64,000 bases of DNA from Candidatus Heimdallarchaeum endolithica (GTDB lineage Archaea; Asgardarchaeota; Heimdallarchaeia; Heimdallarchaeales; Heimdallarchaeaceae): contig CP084167.1 of NCBI GenBank assembly GCA_021513715.1, forward strand, positions 1,504,001-1,568,000, read 5' to 3'. Below the pieces are notes generated by a model. That model had not been told where the DNA came from and searched no databases. It saw nothing but the letters and a program-made list of their open reading frames with translations. Position numbers and translations under genes: made by a program. Below are positions 50,185 to 59,953 of the stretch, piece after piece (positions within the stretch are counted from its first letter, which is position 1; every line of letters begins with the position of its first letter).

Positions 50185-51188
50185 AAGCATGTCCAAAAAT
50201 TCTTTTTCACCTACTAAACGGTCCGAAGGAGTAAAAGGTAGTTGTAACAGAGGAGAGAACTATAAAGCGTAGAGAGAATGGTGGAGGGTAAACGATCAAG
50301 GATTGGGGGAAGAGAGAGTTTAAGGAGACCAAAGACGTGTTCAATACTACTACGATACTCGGGATGATGATTACGACGATACAGACCAGGGTAGAGACGA
50401 TGAGCTTGAACTATTGGTCCGAGGGGAGGAGGAGAGGGATAACGAGCATTACTTTTTGGGGGAATAACAGGAAAAAAGGAATGTTGGCTAAGAAGTCCAA
50501 CGATATTTTCTGTCCAGTAGGCACAGTCTCCATAAAATCGCAAGAAAGGTCTCAAGAGTGCAGAAGGAAGTTTCTGCCAGAGTAAACCGAAGACTTTACT
50601 ATCGTGAGTGTTACTAGCAGAATGAGCGAGAGAGACTATAGCTCGAGAGGGTAAACCAACTATAAGGTGTATCTTCCAGAAAAGTTTAGAGGTTTTCTTT
50701 AGTGTCCCTCTTGACCATTTGAGAAAACGCCAAACAGAAGCTTGACGGATTTTAAACCCTGAACTATCCACTGCCATAGCTTTCAAGCCTTTTTTCCTCA
50801 CTATTTCCCTACCTAACTCTATTATCCACTGCTCTAAGATTTTACTTTCTGTCGCTCTCCACACTGCATGAAAAGTAGATTTAGAAGGAATCTTCTTCAT
50901 CCACCCCTCTTCTATCAAAAAATCGCATAAAGACAACTTTTCCTCTAACTTCCTCCAAGCTATCCCTTCTATTCTAGCAATGATTGCTAAAGCCAGTATC
51001 ACCCATCTTTCTGCTATTCTCTTTCTCCCTCTCTTGCTTTCTCTCGGTTCCTCTTTCACCAGTTTCTTAAGGAAAGGTTCATTAATGATTATGAATTCTC
51101 TTGCTTTGTGGGGGTCTATGATCTGAAAGAAATTCATACTTCCGACATAAACCCCCACATTAATAAAAATTAATTTTTGGACATGCTT
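50185..51188 (-). mobile_element. Complete IS5/IS4-type (DDE_Tnp_1) insertion sequence (1004 bp)
   Basis: Perfect 17-bp IR aagcatgtccaaaaatt (50185-50201) / aatttttggacatgctt (51172-51188); target duplication gacaatat at 50177-50184 and 51189-51196. Confidence 0.95.
50214..51158 (-). CDS. IS5-like DDE transposase
   Basis: AVDSSG, WKIH, HDS, GDCAY, RSSIEHVFGLLK. Confidence 0.92.
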   Translation of the reverse strand: MGVYVGSMNFFQIIDPHKAREFIIINEPFLKKLVKEEPRESKRGRKRIAERWVILALAIIARIEGIAWRKLEEKLSLCDFLIEEGWMKKIPSKSTFHAVWRATESKILEQWIIELGREIVRKKGLKAMAVDSSGFKIRQASVWRFLKWSRGTLKKTSKLFWKIHLIVGLPSRAIVSLAHSASNTHDSKVFGLLWQKLPSALLRPFLRFYGDCAYWTENIVGLLSQHSFFPVIPPKSNARYPSPPPLGPIVQAHRLYPGLYRRNHHPEYRSSIEHVFGLLKLSLPPILDRLPSTILSTLYSSLLCYNYLLLLRTV

Positions 51189-52049
51189 GACAATATAGAC
51201 AAAAGTAATTCAACAAATAAAATTCAAGAACCAAATAGTATAGAAGAAATAGGTATAAAACAAGAAGTAAGACCAGAAGAAAAAGGAACGTCTTATACTG
51301 CAATAACTTCAACTAAAGGAGCAGGAAGTATCAAAATATTAGAGATGACCTAAAATATTCAGAAAGTCACTCTTTAAGTTTAAAAACTACACATACGAAC
51401 TCAATCGATAATTATTTTATTGGAGATCAATATTCTGTTAGTGATATTGGATACAGTCAAGATTCTATAGACTATCAAATAAACTCTATGACACCTATAA
51501 CTGACTTTTATGAAATAGAAGCTCACCCTGATTATAACAATTATAAAAAGCTGAGCTTGGATGATAATAGATTATACGCTCAAGGTTTTGAAATAAAATG
51601 GGATTATGCTAATTTTACGCGAGCAGGTATATATTTATATAAAGATGGAGCAGCGCCGAGTAGTGATAATATTAGTATTTATATAGTTCCTGAAGGTTCA
51701 GATAGTAAACCCAATATCACCAATATTCTCACAAGCACTGGAAATATATCAATCAATGCGCTACCTAGCGCAACTTTTTCATGTTCTCAGTTAGTTAGAT
51801 TACCTATATATGATTTTACAGATATTACTCTTAGCAAAAGAAAATACTATGCTGTTGTTGATTTAGTTGAAACAAGTGATAGCGAAAGTATACATGCAGT
51901 TTGGTATGCTAATGATATAAACGCTGGAGGTTACCCAACTTACAGAAGTGTCGAAAATACACAAGGTACTGTTGTCTGGTATTCGTACAGTTCTGCTTTT
52001 GATTTCACTCTCGAAGTAGAGCTTACCCATCAATTCGTCAGGACAAGTA

Positions 52050-55000
52050 TTGGAGATTACAGACCCAAAAACTATTGATTTAAGTGACAACGGAATAAGA
52101 ATAAATAGTACAAATGAAAAAATTACTGGAAATTTTGTTGGTACATATAAAATTACATCAAATACATCAGTTTCACTTGATATGAATACATATTACAACT
52201 TTTATGATTCATATACTGCAGTTTCATCATTTGAAGCTTCAAACTCTTCTTTTAATTCACATTCAATAAACTGGGAAATAACATGGAGTTCAAATTCTAT
52301 TGATACTACATATACTTTAACTTCTAGAATTCAATCATTAGTTGTTCGAGATGATTGGAATGATTCTTTCAACTGGTTATATAATGGTACTTCTTCTTTC
52401 TCTTCTTCACGAGTTGGTAATAAATATACATGTACTATTGGTACAAATACAAGTGCCGGGGATTGGAAAATAACAACTACATCACCCAATCACATATATT
52501 CAGTATCATTAAGTGAAGATGGAATAGAAACAGATAGATTTTATTTAGGAAATTGGTCAACTGATCAAACCAATGTTTATGGACATAATGGTTCTCAAGT
52601 TGATTTTGAGACTGTAATAAGCGGAAACAATGGTTCAGTTTATAATGAAACAACAGGAACACTAAATATCACCTTATTTGATCCTAATGGAAATGTTCTA
52701 CCGAACAAAGGCAACTTAACAACAATTGATCCAAAATATATTTTCAACGATGTAACAGCCTATACAAAAGCAGGGTTAGGTTTTTCTAGTCCAGGATTAG
52801 TTAAAGATAACATTATTATTGACCCTTCAAATGGAACTGACCTTCCTGGCTTTTGGACAGCAGTTGTATTTTGGAATAATGGAACAGAAGTAGGATTTTA
52901 TACAAAAAGAATTATTGTCCAATCTCAAACATTTTTCACAGCAGAATGGGAGACAGAACCATCTTCTGGTGTTTGGACAAATAGTAATATTGCAAGGAAA
53001 AGTGGAGATACAATAAGAATTAACACAACATTTTACAATATTTCAGAACCATTTTTCAGCGGTTTAGGAACCCCCATACCTGATGCTAGGGTCACTTACA
53101 CTACAGAGTGGGGTAGTTCTGATAATTTAACGGATTATCACCCCATTTACAATGGAACAATATCTGTTTCCACAGGAGTGGGTGTATATTTAATTAGCCT
53201 TGTTGCAACAGGAGCTTTTGTTGAAAATCAAACAAATAATTTTACTGTAAGTGTTTTCTACGAATCAAATATTGATCCAGATTACTTATCTTACACAACC
53301 AATTATACTAATGATGCTATCTTTAAATTTGATTTCCAGGATGTTACAGGTTCTACATCTATGTTACCTGATGATTTAATTGTAAGAATAAATGGGTCTG
53401 TGTTAAACCCAAGTTTCTACTCATATGCTGATAATGGAGGAAAAGTTAAAGTTACAATAAATACTAGTTCTGCTAGTTTGAATCCAGGCTACTGGGAAGT
53501 GGAAGTAGAAGCCTATAAACTTAATTTTAGAAAAAGTTATAGTCAACAGAATGCAACACAACTTTTTGATCTAACAATTACTGATAATCCTACAGATATT
53601 ATTGTTGACTCTGCTGATTCAGAAGTTTATGTTTATTATAATGCCAGCATTGATTTTCGATATAGAGACTTAAACCATTCAGTCGACCTTTATGGTACTA
53701 CTTACTTGGTCTACTCCAACGCTTCCAATGTTGATATTTCTGTTAGTGAATCTTCAGGAGTATATCATATTGATTTACAGAACAACAATTATTCTGTAAC
53801 TGTAATTGGAATCTTTGTCAATATTTCCAAACTAGGATATGAAAGTCAAGAAAAGATTTTACTTGTAGAATTAAACGTAAAAACTAACCCAACAGAAGCC
53901 ACTGTTGAGACTGCTCCAACTGACTGTTACATAGGTTATAACTCTTCAATAGAGATACTTTATAATGATACTGTTCATGATACTGGAATAGAAAGTGCAG
54001 TAGTTACAAACGTAGAAGTTAATGCTACATCACCAATTGACTGGTGGGTTGAGGAACTAGGAAGTAGAAAGTATAACATTACTTTTCTTAACACTAATTC
54101 ATCAGTTTCAGCTCTAAATATTACTATAACAGTATCAAAAGATGGTTACGTTCTAGCTAAGACATGGGTAATTATTAATCGGGCAGATATTCCAACACAT
54201 TATGAATATTATACTTCTCCTCCAGAAAATATTACTTATTTAGAGACAGAAACTTTCAAAATATTCTACTGGGATGATATCTCAACAATTAAAATAAATA
54301 ACTCTCAGTTATTATTCAGCGGAAATTTGACATCTGTTGCGCTTACTTCCTTCACTGTTTACTCTAATGGAACATATTTTATAACAATCTCCGACCTTAC
54401 TGCTTTTGGCAAATATCAATTAGTAGTGTTATTAACTTTAGATGGTTACGTTGACCAAAGCTTCTCTCTGAGCATTTTACTTTTAAAGAGAGAAACAACA
54501 TTGAGTTCAACTACAGGAACAAACCTACAGATTTACGCAATTGACACCTTAGACCTATTTTTAGAATACAAAGACAAAGATACTGATACAGCAATAGAAG
54601 CAGATGATAACCAAATTTCTTTTGCTCAAGGAACAGGAAATGAAACTTTAACCCTCAGTTTTTACTTTGAATCAATAAGTTACAATGGTTACACAGTCAC
54701 TCTTCATTCTTTCACTTTTGACCCTAATGAAGATACTGCAGCGGGATATGTCTTTGTTTTTAACATAACACTTTCTAAATTCGGATATTCTAACAATTCA
54801 ATTGTCATTTATTTAAGAGTTAATATTAATCCTTCTGACATTCAGTGTGTAGAGGACAGTATAGTTATTGATTCATCACAACAAGCATCATTTACAATTT
54901 TTTATATTGATACTGTTTCTAATAAAAACATTACTGGCGCATTCATTAACGTTTTTCAGTTAAATGGTTCTTCTTCTGATATTGACTCTCTTCTATCATA

Positions 55001-56642
55001 TAGTTCTACACCCTTTTACATCGTCTATATTGACCCCGATAATGTAAATGCAGTAGATAAGACTTTTATGTTTAATGTTACACTTTACAAAGCTGGATAT
55101 ACGAATCAATCCTACATTATCTATCTAACCGTAGTCTATAATCCTACAACAATCAATACAGAGGAAACAGAAATAACTATTTTTGCCGATCAAGAGGGTG
55201 AATTTATTCTTTATTTTGTAAATGATAAAACAGATACAAATATCGAAGATGCATTAGTGACCATTGATATAGTTAATGGTTCAATGTATATAGAAGATTA
55301 CCAAGCTACTGGAACAAGTCCATATTATGTGTACATTAACCCTTATGATTCAAATTCCTCTGATTTAACTTTTGAAATAAGCGTCACAATATCAAAAGGA
55401 GGATATGAAGAACAGTCCATTATACTTTATTTACATGTGAAGATTCATCCTACAAAGGTATTTACCTCTAGTGATACACAAACTATATATGCTGATGAAA
55501 TTGCAGAATTTACTGTTTACTACTGGGATATTTACAATGTTTCAGTGGAAGAGGCTAATTATACAGTTACTCTCACTTTTGGTGAAACAATCGATGTTGA
55601 AGGAATAACTTTCTCGTACAATCAAGTGCTGGGCTCATTCATTTTCTCATTTGACTTTAATGATTTTACAGTAACAAACGAAACGTTCATTTTTAATATT
55701 ACAATGTGGAAAGAAGGATTCGAAAATCAATCAATAATTTTAACTACAAAAATTCATGATTTCATCAAATATGATTTAAGCATAATCATCGATGGTGACA
55801 CTATTCACCTTCTGAGCACAGTAACATTTACATTAATCTTGAAAGAAGCATTATTGCAATTACTTGCTAATGATGATACAAAATTGGCTTATTCACCTAT
55901 TGGAGAAAATATAACTTTAACCTTAAATCTTCTTGACAGCTCTAATAATATTATTGAGACATCTATTTTTAACATAACAATAAATAATATCCAAAACAGC
56001 AATTACATTGGACAATTCAAATATAGAATCGAAAGCTGGAGAGCAAAAAGTCTTGAAATTGAATGTACATATCTGCCTAAACAAGCAAATATAGTTTCCA
56101 CAACAAACTTTAATCAATCTTTTGATATTAAATTCCCACTTTTCCATGATCTATTCTACGAATATCTTAGTTACATGATTACAGCGATTTCAATAATCAC
56201 AGTTACAGCAATTACTTTAGCAGTTTACTTTGGTGTAATTCGACCTAAAAAACAAAAGAAACAAGCAAAAAGGAAACAATATTGTGATACTGTTTCCAAT
56301 ATTCTCCAGAGCGTTACTTCTATGAAAAAGGTTCTTATTGTTCATAAAGACACTAGTTCTCCTGTTTATGAATTAGATCTAGGTTCTGATATGAGGGTAA
56401 GTTCAGCACTTGTAACAGGATTTTTACAAGCTGTATCTACAATGGCTAAAGAGATTACAGGAAAAGACAAAGACGTTGTCAAAAAATTAGATTATGGTGA
56501 TTTCATAGTTACTTCTGCAGGGACTAAAAACTATATTACATATATTTTCTCTGATAAAGAACTTTCAGAAGATATAACAAGTGGTTTAAAAGAGTTTGTA
56601 AAATATTTTGAGAGAAGATTTGCACATGTTGCTGAGAACTGA
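52050..56642 (+). CDS. Largest remaining fragment of the disrupted surface protein
   Basis: About 100-aa beta repeats ending in 'K.G(Y/F)', many NxS/T sequons, TM ITAISIITVTAITLAVYFGVI, cytoplasmic 'LIVHKDTSSPVY...LVTGFLQAV...YFERRF'. Confidence 0.7.
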   Translation: MEITDPKTIDLSDNGIRINSTNEKITGNFVGTYKITSNTSVSLDMNTYYNFYDSYTAVSSFEASNSSFNSHSINWEITWSSNSIDTTYTLTSRIQSLVVRDDWNDSFNWLYNGTSSFSSSRVGNKYTCTIGTNTSAGDWKITTTSPNHIYSVSLSEDGIETDRFYLGNWSTDQTNVYGHNGSQVDFETVISGNNGSVYNETTGTLNITLFDPNGNVLPNKGNLTTIDPKYIFNDVTAYTKAGLGFSSPGLVKDNIIIDPSNGTDLPGFWTAVVFWNNGTEVGFYTKRIIVQSQTFFTAEWETEPSSGVWTNSNIARKSGDTIRINTTFYNISEPFFSGLGTPIPDARVTYTTEWGSSDNLTDYHPIYNGTISVSTGVGVYLISLVATGAFVENQTNNFTVSVFYESNIDPDYLSYTTNYTNDAIFKFDFQDVTGSTSMLPDDLIVRINGSVLNPSFYSYADNGGKVKVTINTSSASLNPGYWEVEVEAYKLNFRKSYSQQNATQLFDLTITDNPTDIIVDSADSEVYVYYNASIDFRYRDLNHSVDLYGTTYLVYSNASNVDISVSESSGVYHIDLQNNNYSVTVIGIFVNISKLGYESQEKILLVELNVKTNPTEATVETAPTDCYIGYNSSIEILYNDTVHDTGIESAVVTNVEVNATSPIDWWVEELGSRKYNITFLNTNSSVSALNITITVSKDGYVLAKTWVIINRADIPTHYEYYTSPPENITYLETETFKIFYWDDISTIKINNSQLLFSGNLTSVALTSFTVYSNGTYFITISDLTAFGKYQLVVLLTLDGYVDQSFSLSILLLKRETTLSSTTGTNLQIYAIDTLDLFLEYKDKDTDTAIEADDNQISFAQGTGNETLTLSFYFESISYNGYTVTLHSFTFDPNEDTAAGYVFVFNITLSKFGYSNNSIVIYLRVNINPSDIQCVEDSIVIDSSQQASFTIFYIDTVSNKNITGAFINVFQLNGSSSDIDSLLSYSSTPFYIVYIDPDNVNAVDKTFMFNVTLYKAGYTNQSYIIYLTVVYNPTTINTEETEITIFADQEGEFILYFVNDKTDTNIEDALVTIDIVNGSMYIEDYQATGTSPYYVYINPYDSNSSDLTFEISVTISKGGYEEQSIILYLHVKIHPTKVFTSSDTQTIYADEIAEFTVYYWDIYNVSVEEANYTVTLTFGETIDVEGITFSYNQVLGSFIFSFDFNDFTVTNETFIFNITMWKEGFENQSIILTTKIHDFIKYDLSIIIDGDTIHLLSTVTFTLILKEALLQLLANDDTKLAYSPIGENITLTLNLLDSSNNIIETSIFNITINNIQNSNYIGQFKYRIESWRAKSLEIECTYLPKQANIVSTTNFNQSFDIKFPLFHDLFYEYLSYMITAISIITVTAITLAVYFGVIRPKKQKKQAKRKQYCDTVSNILQSVTSMKKVLIVHKDTSSPVYELDLGSDMRVSSALVTGFLQAVSTMAKEITGKDKDVVKKLDYGDFIVTSAGTKNYITYIFSDKELSEDITSGLKEFVKYFERRFAHVAEN

Positions 56643-56995
56643 ATTGGGTCATTAGAAGAGTATAGAAAAGCAGAAAAAGTAATTTTACGTAATCTAACAG
56701 AGCACCTATATATCTGGACACTATATTCTATTACTACCAACCCTATGATGGAGAAAGAAATAAAGAAATTAGGCCCAATGAGTCAAAAAATAATTAAATT
56801 CGTCAAAAATACTAAAGAAGTAACAATTGGAATAATACTTCAATATTTCAATAGATGGCCAAGAGAAGAAATTATTTCACTTGTCTTTGCTTTAGTTGAA
56901 GATCATTACCTTCTTACAAAAAGAATATAACCCTTCTTTTTTGTCTTTAATGTTAACTTTATTAATTTACCTTAGACTCTTTCTTTTAGATTATA

Positions 56996-57718
56996 ATGAA
57001 AAAGTGGGAAGGATATGCGATCCTTTGCGACATGGACGGAGTCATTATAAGCATTAAAGAAAGATGGATAAAACCTTTTGAAAAAGCACTAAGGAAAGTT
57101 AAACAAGATATAGACGAACATGCTTTAAAAGAGCAAGCTCCATCTTTGCTTCTAACTCATGGAGGAAGAAGTAAAAAAATATGGTTAAGAGCAATTTTTA
57201 AGGTTTGTAGTTATGCAGGTTTGTCTAGGTTTCAATCTTTAAGAGTGATCATAAATATTGGTTTAATGCTTTTAAAACCTAAAAATTTTAAGATTGTTCC
57301 TTTCGATGAAGTTGAACAAACTTTACAAAATTTAAAAGATTTAGGTTTTAAGCTTGCTTTGGTTACTACAGCTTCAAATTTCACTATTAGAAGGTTAAAA
57401 AAACTATATCCTGAAATACATTCTAAATATGATTTTATTTTTACAAGAAATGACGTAAAATTTACTAAACCCTTTCCAGACCAATTAAATTTAGCAATTA
57501 AAAAACTAGAAGTTGAAAGAAACAAATGTGTTATGATTGGAGATTTGATGACTGATATTCTTGCTGGTAAAAATGCTGGAGTAAAAACAGTAGCTATCCT
57601 TAGTGAATATCCATTCATCACTGAAGCTCTCTTGTCATCAGTAGAACCAGATCATATGATTGAATCATTTTCTTTATTGCCAGACTATTTGAACGATATT
57701 TTTAAATTATACAATTAG
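56996..57718 (+). CDS. HAD-family hydrolase (phosphoglycolate phosphatase-like)
   Basis: DMDGV, LVTT, KPFPD, IGDLMTDILAGKNAG. Confidence 0.92.
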   Translation: MKKWEGYAILCDMDGVIISIKERWIKPFEKALRKVKQDIDEHALKEQAPSLLLTHGGRSKKIWLRAIFKVCSYAGLSRFQSLRVIINIGLMLLKPKNFKIVPFDEVEQTLQNLKDLGFKLALVTTASNFTIRRLKKLYPEIHSKYDFIFTRNDVKFTKPFPDQLNLAIKKLEVERNKCVMIGDLMTDILAGKNAGVKTVAILSEYPFITEALLSSVEPDHMIESFSLLPDYLNDIFKLYN

Positions 57719-57808
57719 ACAGTTGAAAAGTTTAACACAATAGTTTTTTTTCCTAGTCTATTATAAGAAAAAGTTCAAAAACGCTATTAAAAACGCTAAC
57801 ATGTAAGA

Positions 57809-58285
57809 ATGAAAAGGCAGTTTAAATTTCCAGAAGTTCTTCTCTATCAATCAACCTATGTTTGGATAAAAGATATAGGAAGAGGCGTTTACGCAATAGG
57901 GATTACAGATTACGCTCAATACTTATTAGACGACATTGTCACAATATCACTACCAGTTGATGATTATGTAGAACAAGGTGACGAACTAATCTCCATCGAA
58001 TCAATTTATGAAACAATTGAAATTGAAAGTCCGTTTACAGGTAAGATTATAGAAATAAATGATGATGTAAAAGATAATCCTGAGCTCTTAAATGAAGATG
58101 CTTTCAGTTCATGGATACTAAAAATTGAAATAACTGATGATGAAGAACTAGATGATTTGTATACAGCAGATGAAGTTTTCGATCTATTTCAAGAAGAACT
58201 TGAAGAACAAGGAGATGAAGAATTAACAAAAGAGTTTGGTGCCTTTGTTCAATTTAACGACGACAATGAAGATGGATGGGTCTAA
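57809..58285 (+). CDS. Glycine cleavage H-like protein lacking the lipoyl-lysine
   Basis: GITDYAQ..L.DIV, IESIYE (canonical IESVKA), SPFTG.I.EIN, PELLNED...WI. Confidence 0.85.
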   Translation: MKRQFKFPEVLLYQSTYVWIKDIGRGVYAIGITDYAQYLLDDIVTISLPVDDYVEQGDELISIESIYETIEIESPFTGKIIEINDDVKDNPELLNEDAFSSWILKIEITDDEELDDLYTADEVFDLFQEELEEQGDEELTKEFGAFVQFNDDNEDGWV

Positions 58286-58465
58286 TTTACTTTTATAAAA
58301 AAAGAAACCAAAGATTTTTATATTAAACTTATTGTTGAGGTGTAGATAATAATAGAGGACTTGATGCCTTGGAATTTCGATAGCGCCATTATGGAAACTT
58401 GAATTAATTGTAAATTCTAGTAGAACAATTTTAAAAGTCCTTAACTATTTTGGAGTATTGGAAGT

Positions 58466-59953
58466 ATGAACAACGATAAGGAATCTATTTTTTTACCACC
58501 AGAAGCTATTTTGATTTACAAAATAATTAGCGAAAAAAAGGAACTAGAAATCAATGAACTTGAAAACATTTCAAAACTTTCTAGAGGAAAAATTGAATAT
58601 AACCTTCCTTTTTTGCAAAAACACGACCTATTGGACAGAAAAGAGAGAATAAACAAATATTGTTCTTTAACAAAGGAAGGAGAAGAAGCAGAGAAAAATC
58701 AGTTGATTGAAAGAAGAATATACAACCTAATTAAAGAGAAAAAGAAAGTATCCTTTGCTCAACTTGGAGATTTTATCAAAGTAGACAAAAAAGAATTGAA
58801 TGCAGGAGTAGGTTTACTTCGAAAACTTGATGCTATCATAATTGAAAAAGGAGAGATAAGTATAAAACTACCAGAAAAAGATATTAACATTGAATTACAA
58901 CAACACCTCTCTAAAATAAAAAAAGAGAAAGTGAGTTATTCAGATAAAGTTTCTCCCCTTGTTAAAAGAGGATTAGTGAATATCATTGAGGAGAAACAAT
59001 CATTTTTGATAATAAAAGTTCCTTATTCAAAAATAAAGTCCAGAATTAAAGAATTAATTGAAGTAGGAAGATTGTCTTCAAACATGTTAAGAGATGGAAG
59101 TTGGAGAAAAACTCAATTGAAGGCATATAACCTAAAAGGACAACCTCCCACTTATTTTGTTGGGAGAAAACAACCTTATGCAAGATTCATTGATACTGTT
59201 AAACAGAAACTTGTTGCTTTGGGTTTTCAGGAGATGAGAGGACCTATAGTAGAACTAGAATTCTGGAATTTTGATGCCTTATTCCAAGCTCAAGACCACC
59301 CAGCTAGAGAGTGGTCAGATGTTTATAGAGTTTCAAACCCTAAACATGGTAATCTTCCTAAAGAAGAATATGTAACTAATGTTCAGCAAGCTCATGAAAA
59401 TGGGTATAATACAGGAAGTAAAGGTTGGAGATACAAATGGGACCCTAAAAAAAGTTCAAGACTGGTTTTACGAGCTCAAGGCACTTCTGTCAGCGCTCGA
59501 ACTCTAGTAGATTTGAAAATTCCTTCAAAATACTTTAGCATTTCTCGATGTTATAGACCAGATACTGTTGATGCTACTCATCTTTCTGAATTTAACCAAG
59601 TTGAAGGTATTGTCGTTGATCCTTCCATAACTTTCAGAGATCTTTTAGGAATACTAGAAACATTTGCCCTAGATGTTGCTGGAGCAGAAGAATGTACATT
59701 TAAGCCTGATTATTACCCTTTTACTGAACCTTCTGTTGAGCTTAGCGTTGTTGATCCAAATCTTGGAAGAATAGAATTTGGAGGAGCAGGTATCTTTCGT
59801 CCAGAGGTAACCAAACCATTTGGTATAGATGCACCAGTAATAGCTTGGGGTTTAGGAATTGATAGACTGTTCATGGTTAAGTACGGAATAACAGACATCA
59901 GAGAGCTATTTAGTCACAAAATGGAGTGGTTACGTTCCACAAAAATGGTATAG
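58466..59953 (+). CDS. pheS: Phenylalanine--tRNA ligase alpha subunit
   Basis: FWNFDALFQAQDHPARE, DATHLSEFNQVEG, YPFTEPS, GIFRPE, AWGLGIDRL. Confidence 0.97.
   Translation: MNNDKESIFLPPEAILIYKIISEKKELEINELENISKLSRGKIEYNLPFLQKHDLLDRKERINKYCSLTKEGEEAEKNQLIERRIYNLIKEKKKVSFAQLGDFIKVDKKELNAGVGLLRKLDAIIIEKGEISIKLPEKDINIELQQHLSKIKKEKVSYSDKVSPLVKRGLVNIIEEKQSFLIIKVPYSKIKSRIKELIEVGRLSSNMLRDGSWRKTQLKAYNLKGQPPTYFVGRKQPYARFIDTVKQKLVALGFQEMRGPIVELEFWNFDALFQAQDHPAREWSDVYRVSNPKHGNLPKEEYVTNVQQAHENGYNTGSKGWRYKWDPKKSSRLVLRAQGTSVSARTLVDLKIPSKYFSISRCYRPDTVDATHLSEFNQVEGIVVDPSITFRDLLGILETFALDVAGAEECTFKPDYYPFTEPSVELSVVDPNLGRIEFGGAGIFRPEVTKPFGIDAPVIAWGLGIDRLFMVKYGITDIRELFSHKMEWLRSTKMV

Larger units (their letters stand above)
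50036..56930 (+). pseudogene. Disrupted giant surface protein (Ig-like repeats, TM, longin-like cytoplasmic domain), about 1,950 aa when reconstructed
   Basis: Signal-peptide fragment from 50036 continues in frame beyond the IS; frameshifts at 51317-51350 and 52020-52075; in-frame TGA at 56640-56642 followed by an open frame into the 56745..56930 ORF. Confidence 0.85.

Noticed and set aside
50036-50272. 78-aa ORF as a standalone gene
   Set aside because: It is the 5' end of the giant surface gene reading into the IS left end.
50337-50585. 82-aa ORF antisense to the transposase
   Set aside because: No motif or clear start signal; explained by the G/A-rich, stop-poor composition of that strand.
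56640-56642. In-frame TGA as selenocysteine or programmed readthrough
   Set aside because: Context fits a lost Trp codon, there is no redox motif, no SECIS is evident, and the gene has three other lesions.
58286-58465. Slightly GC-enriched stretch upstream of pheS as a C/D sRNA or leader
   Set aside because: No convincing box C (RUGAUGA) or box D (CUGA) pair and no stable stem seen.
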